Shown piece by piece: positions 1 to 9,249 of a DNA stretch of 64,000 nucleotides. The DNA lies in assembly GCA_964016885.1 (NCBI GenBank), contig OZ024742.1, positions 164,486,001 through 164,550,000 of the forward strand. Reading direction: 5' to 3'. The translations under genes were made by a program, and so were the position numbers. The notes below the pieces were generated by a model. The model was not told where the DNA came from. It saw nothing but the letters and a program-made list of their open reading frames with translations, and did no database searches. Source of the DNA: Eledone cirrhosa (taxonomy: Eukaryota). Within the stretch, counting starts at the first letter, position 1; each line of letters starts with the position of its first letter.

Positions 1-3
1 TAC

Positions 4-29
4 AAATTATCTCCCCCTGATTTTTTTAC
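4..29 (+). repeat. Representative type-B monomer (26 bp, T7 form): AAATTATCTCCCCCTGATTTTTTTAC
   Basis: Read directly. The T-tract is mostly 7-10 nt, giving 26-29-bp units, in runs of about 1-11. Confidence 0.97.
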
Positions 30-2178
30 AAATTATCTCCCCCCTGATTTTTTTTACAATCTCCGCCTGATTTTTTTAAAAATTATCTTCCCTTGGCTGG
101 CGGGAAATTATCTCCCCTTGGACGGCTGGAAATTATATCCCCTTGGAAGGATGGAAATTATCTCCCCTTGGACGGCTGGAAATTATCTCCTCTTGGACGG
201 CTGGAAATTATCTCCCCTTGGACAGCTGGAAATTATCTGCCCTTGATTTTGTTTTTACAAATTATCTCCCCCTGATTTTTTTTACAAATTATCTCCACCT
301 GATTTTTTAAAAAATTATCTCCCCTTGGACGGCTGGAAATTATCTCCCCTTGATTTTTTTACAAATTATCTCCCCCTGATTTTTTTTACAAATTATCTCC
401 CCCTGATTTTTTTTTTACAAATTATCTCCCCCTGATTTTTTTACAAATTATCTCCCCCTGATTTTTTTTACAAATTATCTCCGCCTGATTTTTTTAAATA
501 TTATCTTCCCTTGGCTGGCGGGAAATTATCTCCCCTTGGACGGCTGAAAATTATCTCCCCTTGGACGGCTGGAAATTATCTCCCCTTGATTTTTTTTACA
601 AATTATCTCCCCCTGATTTTTTTTACAAATTATCTCCCCCTGATTTTTTTTTACAAATTATCTCCCCCTGATTTTTTTTTACAAATTATCTGCCCCTGAT
701 TTTTTTTACAAATTATCTCCCCCTGATTTTTTTACAAATTATCTCCCCTTGGCTGGCTGGAAATTATCTCCCCTTGGAGGCTGGAATTTATCTCCCATTG
801 GACGGCTAGAAATTACCTCTCCTTGGAAGGCTGGAAAATATTTCTCCTTGGACGGCTGGATATTATCTACCCTTGGACGGGTGGAAATTATCTCCCCTTG
901 GACGGCTGGAAATTATCTCCCCTTGGACAGCTAGATATTACCTCCCCTTGGACGGCTGGAAATTATCTCCCCTTGATTTTTTTTACAAATTATCTCCCCC
1001 TGATTTTTTTTACAAATTATCTCCACCTGATTTTTTTACAAATTATCTCCCCCTGATTTTTTTTACAAATTATCTCCCCCTGATTTTTTTACAAATTATC
1101 TCCCCTTGGCTGGCTGGAAATTATCTCCCATTGGAGGCTGGAATTTATCTCCCCTTGGACGGTTAGAAATTACCTCCCCTTGGACGGCTGGAAAATATGT
1201 CTCCTTGGACGGCTGGAAATTATCGCCCCTTGGACGGCTGGAAATTATCTCCCCTTGGACGGCTGGAAATTATCTCTCATCGGACGGCTAGAAATTACCT
1301 CTCCTTGGACAGCTGAAAATTATCTCCCCTTGGACGGCTGGAAATTATCTCCCCTTCATTTTTTTTACAAATTATCTCCCGCTGATTTTTTTTTACAAAT
1401 TATCTCCCCCTGATTTTTTTTTACAAATTATCTCCCCCTGATTTTTTTTTACAAATTATCTCCCCCTGATATTTTTTACAAATTATCTCCCCCTGATTTT
1501 TTTACAAATTATCTCCCCTTGGCTGGCTGGAAATTATCTCCCCTTGGAGGCTGGAATTTATCTCCCCTTGGACGGCTAGAAATTACCTCGCCTTGGACGG
1601 CTGGAAAATATGTCTCCTTGGACGGCTGGAAATTATCTCCCCTTGGACGGCTGGAAATTATCTCCCCTTGGACAGCTGGAAATTATCTCCCCTTGGACGG
1701 CTAGATATTACCTCCCCTTGGACGGCTGGAAATTATCTCCCCTTGATTTTTTTTACAAATTATCTCCCCCTGATTTTTTTTTACAAATTATCTCCCCCTG
1801 ATTTTTTTTTACGAATTATCTCCCCCCGATTTTTTTTACAAATTATCTCCCCCTGATTTTTTTTTACAAATTATCTACGCCTAATTTTTTTTACAAATTA
1901 TCTCCCCCTGATTTTTTTTACAAATTATCTCCCCCTGATTTTTTTTACAAATTATCTCCCCCTGATTTTTTTTTACAAATTATTTCCCCCTGATTTTTTT
2001 ACAAATTATCTCCCCCCTGATATTTTTAAAAATTATCTTCCCTTGGCTGGCGGGAAATTATCTCCCCTTGGACGGCTGGAAATTATATCCCCTTGGAGGC
2101 TGGAATTTATCTCCCCTTGGACGGCTAGAAATTACCTCGCCTTGGACGGCTGGAAAATATGTCTCCTTGGACGGCTGG

Positions 2179-2203
2179 AAATTATCTCCCCTTGGACGGC
2201 TGG
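2179..2203 (+). repeat. Representative type-A consensus monomer (25 bp): AAATTATCTCCCCTTGGACGGCTGG
   Basis: Read directly; an identical copy follows at 2204-2228. A monomers occur in runs of about 1-10. Confidence 0.97.
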
Positions 2204-5200
2204 AAATTATCTCCCCTTGGACGGCTGGAAATTATCTCCCCTTGGACGGCTAGATATTACCTCCCCTTGGACGGCTGGAAATTATCTCCCCTTGATTTTT
2301 TTTACAAATTATCTCCCCCTGATTTTTTTTTACAAATTATCTCCCCCTGATTTTTTTTTACGAATTATCTCCCCCTGATTTTTTTTTACAAATTATCTCC
2401 CCTTGAACGGCTGGAAATTATCTCCCCTTGGACGGCTGGAAATTATCTCCCCTTGAAAGGCTAGAAATTACCTCTCCTTGGACGGCTGAAAATTATCTCC
2501 CCTTGGACGGCTGCAAATTATCTCCCCTTGATTTTTTAACAAATTACCTCGCCTTGGACGGCTGGAAAATATGTCTCCTTGGACGGCTGGAAATTATCTC
2601 CCCTTGGACGGCTGGAAATTATCTCCCCTTGGACGGCTGGAAATTATCTCCCATTGGACGGCTAGATATTACCTCCCCTTGGACGGCTGCAAATTATCTC
2701 CCCTTGATTTTTTTAACAAATTATCTCCCCCTGATTTTTTTTTACAAATTATCTCCCCCTGATTTTTTTTTACAAATTATCTACGCCTAATTTTTTTTAC
2801 AAATTATCTCCCCCTGATTTTTTTTTACAAATTATCTCCCCCTGATTTTTTTTACAAATTATCTCCCCCTGATTTTTTTTTACAAATTATCTCCCCCTGA
2901 TTTTTTTACAAATTATCTCCCCCCTGATTTTTTTTACAATCTCCGCCTGATTTTTTTAAAAATTATCTTCCCTTGGCTGGCGGGAAATTATCTCCCCTTG
3001 GACGGCTGGAAATTATATCCCCTTGGAAGGATGGAAATTATCTCCCCTTGGACGGCTGGAAATTATCTCCTCTTGGACGGCTGGAAATTATCTCCCCTTG
3101 GACAGCTGGAAATTATCTGCCCTTGATTTTGTTTTTACAAATTATCTCCCCCTGATTTTTTTTACAAATTATCTCCACCTGATTTTTTAAAAAATTATCT
3201 CCCCTTGGACGGCTGGAAATTATCTCCCCTTGATTTTTTTACAAATTATCTCCCCCTGATTTTTTTTACAAATTATCTCCCCCTGATTTTTTTTTTACAA
3301 ATTATCTCCCCCTGATTTTTTTACAAATTATCTCCCCCTGATTTTTTTTACAAATTATCTCCGCCTGATTTTTTTAAATATTATCTTCCCTTGGCTGGCG
3401 GGAAATTATCTCCCCTTGGACGGCTGAAAATTATCTCCCCTTGGACGGCTGGAAATTATCTCCCCTTGATTTTTTTTACAAATTATCTCCCCCTGATTTT
3501 TTTTACAAATTATCTCCCCCTGATTTTTTTTTACAAATTATCTCCCCCTGATTTTTTTTTACAAATTATCTGCCCCTGATTTTTTTTACAAATTATCTCC
3601 CCCTGATTTTTTTACAAATTATCTCCCCTTGGCTGGCTGGAAATTATCTCCCCTTGGAGGCTGGAATTTATCTCCCATTGGACGGCTAGAAATTACCTCT
3701 CCTTGGAAGGCTGGAAAATATTTCTCCTTGGACGGCTGGATATTATCTACCCTTGGACGGGTGGAAATTATCTCCCCTTGGACGGCTGGAAATTATCTCG
3801 CCTTGGACAGCTAGATATTACCTCCCCTTGGACGGCTGGAAATTATCTCCCCTTGATTTTTTTTACAAATTATCTCCCCCTGATTTTTTTTACAAATTAT
3901 CTCCACCTGATTTTTTTACAAATTATCTCCCCCTGATTTTTTTTACAAATTATCTCCCCCTGATTTTTTTACAAATTATCTCCCCTTGGCTGGCTGGAAA
4001 TTATCTCCCCTTGGAGGCTGGAATTTATCTCCCCTTGGACGGCTGGAAATTATCTCCCCTTGATTTTTTTTACAAATTATCTACCCCTGATTTTTTTTAC
4101 AAATTATCTCCCCCTGATTTTTTTTACAAATTATCTCCCCCTGATTTTTTTACAAATTATCTCCCCCTGATTTTTTTACAAATTATCTCCCCCTGATTTT
4201 TTTTTACAAATTATCTACGCCTAATTTTTTTTACAAATTATCTCCCCCTGATTTTTTTTTACAAATTATCTCCCCCTGATTTTTTTTTACAAATTATCTC
4301 CCCCTGATTTTTTTTTACAAATTATCTCCCCCTGATTTTTTTACAAATTATCTCCCCCCTGATTTTTATTACAATCTCCGCCTGATTTTTTAAAAAATTA
4401 TCTTCCCTTGGCTGGCGGGAAATTATCTTGCCTTGGACGGCTGGAAATTATATCCCCTTGGAAGGATGGAAATTATCTCCCCTTGGACGGCTGGAAATTA
4501 TCTCCCCTTGGACGGCTGGAAATTATCTCCCCTTGGACAGCTGGAAATTATCTGCCCTTGATTTTGTTTTTACAAATTATCTCCCCCTGATTTTTTTTAC
4601 AAATTATCTCCACCTGATTTTTTAAAAAATTATCTCCCCTTGGACGGCTGGAAATTATCTCCCCTTGGCTGGAAATTATCTCCCCTTGGACGGCTAGAAA
4701 TTATCTCTCTTTGGACGGCTGGAAATTATCTGCCTTTGATTTTTTTTACAAATTATCTCCCCCTGATTTTTTTTTACAAATTATCTCACCCTGATTTTTT
4801 TTACAAATTATCTCCCCTTGGCTGGCTGGAAATTATCTCCCCTTGGAGGCTGGAATTTATCTCCCCTTGGACGGCTAGAAATTACCTCGCCTTGGACGGC
4901 TGGAAAATATGTCTCCTTGGACGGCTGGAAATTATCTCCCCTTGGACGGCTGGAAATTATCTCCCCTTGGACAGCTGGAAATTATCTCCCCTTGGACGGC
5001 TAGATATTACCTCCCCTTGGACGGCTGGAAATTATCTCCCCTTGATTTTTTTTACAAATTATCTCCCCCTGATTTTTTTTTACAAATTATCTCCCCCTGA
5101 TTTTTTTTTACGAATTATCTCCCCCCGATTTTTTTTTACAAATTATCTCCGCCTGATTTTTTTTTAAAAATTATCTCCCCTTGAACGGCTGGAAATTATC

Positions 5201-8200
5201 TCCCCTTGGACGGCTGGAAATTATCTCCCCTTGGACGGCTAGAAATTACCTCTCCTTGGACGGCTGAAAATTATCTCCCCTTGGACGGCTGCAAATTATC
5301 TCCCCTTGATTTTTTAACAAATTATCTCCCCCTGATTTTTTTTTACAAATTATCTCCCCCTGATTTTTTTTTTACAAATTATCTCCCCCTGATTTTTTTT
5401 TACAAATTATCTCCCCCTGATTTTTTTTACAAATTATCTCCCCCTGATTTTTTTTACAATCTCCGCCTGATTTTTTAAAAAATTATCTTCCCTTGGCTGG
5501 CGGGAAATTATCTCCCCTTGGACGGCTGGAAATTATCTCCCCTTGGACGGCTGGAAATTATCTCCCCTTGGACAGCTGGAAATTATCTGCCCTTGATTTT
5601 GTTTTTACAAATTATCTCCCCCTGATTTTTTTTACAAATTATCTCCACCTGATTTTTTAAAAAATTATCTCCCCTTGGACGGCTGGAAATTATCTCCCCT
5701 TGATTTTTTTACAAATTATCTCCCCCTGATTTTTTTTACAAATTATCTCCGCCTGATTTTTTTAAATATTATCTTCCCTTGGCTGGCGGGAAATTATCTC
5801 CCCTTGGACGGCTGGAAATTATCTCCCCTTGATTTTTTTTACAAATTATCTCCCCCTGATTTTTTTTTACAAATTATCTCCCCCTGATTTTTTTTTACAA
5901 ATTATCTCCCCCTGATTTTTTTTTACAAATTATCTCCCCCTGATTTTTTTTTACAAATCTCCCCCTGATTTTTTTATAAATTATCTCCCCTTGGCTGGCT
6001 GGAAATTATCTCCCCTTGGAGGCTGGAATTTATCTCCCCTTGGACGGCTAGAAATTACCTCTCCTTGGATGGCTGGAAAATATGTCTCCTTGGACGGCTG
6101 GATATTATCTACCCTTGGACGGCTGGAAATTATCTCCCCTTGGACGGCTGGAAATTATCTCCCCTTGGACGGCTAGATATTACCTCCCATTGGACGGCTG
6201 GAAATTATCTCCCCTTGATTTTTTTTACAAATTATCTCCCCCTGATTTTTTTTTACGAATTATCTCCCCCTGATTTTTTTTTACAAATTATCTCCGCCTG
6301 ATTTTTTTTTTAAAATTATCTCCCCTTGAACGGCTGGAAATTATCTCCCCTTGGACGGCTGGAAATTATCTCCCCTTGGACGGCTAGAAATTACCTCTCC
6401 TTGGACGGCTGAAAATTATCTCCCCTTGGACGGCTGCAAATTATCTCCCCTTGATTTTTTTAACAAATTATCTCCCCCTGATTTTTTTTTACAAATTATC
6501 TCCCCCTGATTTTTTTTTACAAATTATCTACGCCTAATTTTTTTTACAAATTATCTCCCCCTGATTTTTTTTTACAAATTATCTCCCCCTGATTTTTTTT
6601 ACAAATTATCTCCCCCTGATTTTTTTTACAAATTATCTCCCCCTGATTTTTTTACAAATTATCTCCCCCCTGATTTTTTTTACAATCTCCGCCTGATTTT
6701 TTAAAAAATTATCTTCCCTTGGCTGGCGGGAAATTATCTCCCCTTGGACGGCTGGAAATTATATCCCCTTGGAAGGATGGAAATTATCTCCCCTTGGACG
6801 GCTGGAAATTATCTCCCCTTGGACGGCTGGAAATTACCTCCCCTTGGACAGCTGGAAATTATCTGCCCTTGATTTTGTTTTTACAAATTATCTCCCCCTG
6901 ATTTTTTTTACAAATTATCTCCACCTGATTTTTTAAAAAATTATCTCCCCTTGGACGGCTGGAAATTATCTCCCCTTGGACGGCTGGAAATTATCTCCCC
7001 TTGATTTTTTTTTACAAATTATCTCCCCCTGATTTTTTTTTACAAATTATCTCCCCCTGATTTTTTTTACAAATTATCTCCCCCTGATTTTTTTTTACAA
7101 ATTATTTCCCCCTGATTTTTTTACAAATTATCTCCCCCCTGATTTTTTTTACAATCTCCGCCTGATTTTTTTAAAAATTATCTTCCCTTGGCTGGCGGGA
7201 AATTATCTCCCCTTGGACGGCTGGAAATTATATCCCCTTGGAAGGATGGAAATTATCTCCCCTTGGACGGCTGGAAATTATCTCCCCTTGGACGGCTGGA
7301 AATTATCTCCCCTTGGACAGCTGGAAATTATCTGCCCTTGATTTTGTTTTTACAAATTATCTCCCCCTGATTTTTTTTACAAATTATCTCCACCTGATTT
7401 TTTAAAAAATTATCTCCCCTTGGACGGCTGGAAATTATCTCCCCTTGATTTTTTTTACAAATTATCTCCCCCTGATTTTTTTTTACAAATTATCTCCCCC
7501 TGATTTTTTTTTACAAATTATCTCCCCCTGATTTTTTTTTACAAATTATCTCACCCTGATTTTTTTTACAAATTATCTCTCCCTGATTTTTTTACAAATT
7601 ATCTCCCCTTGGCTGGCTGGAAATTATCTCCCCTTGGAGGCTGGAATTTATCTCCCCTTGGACGGCTAGAAATTACCTCTCCTTGGACGGCTGGAAAATA
7701 TGTCTCCTTGGACGGCTGGATATTATCTACCCTTGGACGGCTGGAAATTATCTCCCCTTGGACGGCTGGAAATTATCTCCTCTTGGACGGCTAGATATTA
7801 CCTCCCCTTGGACGGCTGGAAATTATCTCCCCTTGATTTTTTTACAAATTATCTCCCCCTGATTTTTTTACAAATTATCTCCCCCTGATTTTTTTTACAA
7901 ATTATCTCCGCCTAATTTTTTTAAATATTATCTTCCCTTGGCTGGCGGGAAATTATCTCCCCTTGGACGGCTGAAAATTATCTCCCCTTGGACGGCTGGA
8001 AATTATCTCCCCTTGATTTTTTTTACAAATTATCTCCCCCTGATTTTTTTTTACAAATTATCTACGCCTAATTTTTTTTACAAATTATCTCCCCCTGATT
8101 TTTTTTTACAAATTATCTCCCCCTGATTTTTTTTACAAATTATCTCCCCCTGATTTTTTTTTACAAATTATCTCCCCCTGATTTTTTTACAAATTATCTC

Positions 8201-9249
8201 CCCCCTGATTTTTTTTACAATCTCCGCCTGATTTTTTTAAAAATTATCTTCCCTTGGCTGGCGGGAAATTATCTCCCCTTGGACGGCTGGAAATTATATC
8301 CCCTTGGAAGGATGGAAATTATCTCCCCTTGGACGGCTGGAAATTATCTCCTCTTGGACGGCTGGAAATTATCTCCCCTTGGACAGCTGGAAATTATCTG
8401 CCCTTGATTTTGTTTTTACAAATTATCTCCCCCTGATTTTTTTTACAAATTATCTCCACCTGATTTTTTAAAAAATTATCTCCCCTTGGACGGCTGGAAA
8501 TTATCTCCCCTTGATTTCTTTACAAATTATCTCCCCCTGATTTTTTTTACAAATTATCTCCCCCTGATTTTTTTTTTACAAATTATCTCCCCCTGATTTT
8601 TTTACAAATTATCTCCCCCTGATTTTTTTTACAAATTATCTCCGCCTGATTTTTTTAAATATTATCTTCCCTTGGCTGGCGGGAAATTATCTCCCCTTGG
8701 ACGGCTGAAAATTATCTCCCCTTGGACGGCTGGAAATTATCTCCCCTTGATTTTTTTTACAAATTATCTCCCCCTGATTTTTTTTACAAATTATCTCCCC
8801 CTGATTTTTTTTTACAAATTATCTCCCCCTGATTTTTTTTTACAAATTATCTGCCCCTGATTTTTTTTACAAATTATCTCCCCCTGATTTTTTTACAAAT
8901 TATCTCCCCTTGGCTGGCTGGAAATTATCTCCCCTTGGAGGCTGGAATTTATCTCCCATTGGACGGCTAGAAATTACCTCTCCTTGGAAGGCTGGAAAAT
9001 ATTTCTCCTTGGACGGCTGGATATTATCTACCCTTGGACGGGTGGAAATTATCTCCCCTTGGACGGCTGGAAATTATCTCCCCTTGGACAGCTAGATATT
9101 ACCTCCCCTTGGACGGCTGGAAATTATCTCCCCTTGATTTTTTTTACAAATTATCTCCCCCTGATTTTTTTTACAAATTATCTCCACCTGATTTTTTTAC
9201 AAATTATCTCCCCCTGATTTTTTTTACAAATTATCTCCCCCTGATTTTT

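Larger units (their letters stand above)
1..4042 (+). repeat. Internal ~1.16-kb duplication at offset 2880 (1-~1162 matches 2881-~4042)
   Basis: The lines starting at 1 and 2881 are identical. ORF pairs 93/2973, 511/3391, 749/3629. The copies diverge at GGTTAGA (~1163) versus GGCTGGA (~4043). Confidence 0.9.

Noticed and set aside
21-27. Rho-independent terminators at the T-tracts
   Set aside because: No GC-rich hairpin precedes the T-runs and there are no genes to terminate.
102-116. NF-kB-like site GGGAAATTATCTCC
   Set aside because: It does not fit the GGGRNNYYCC spacing.
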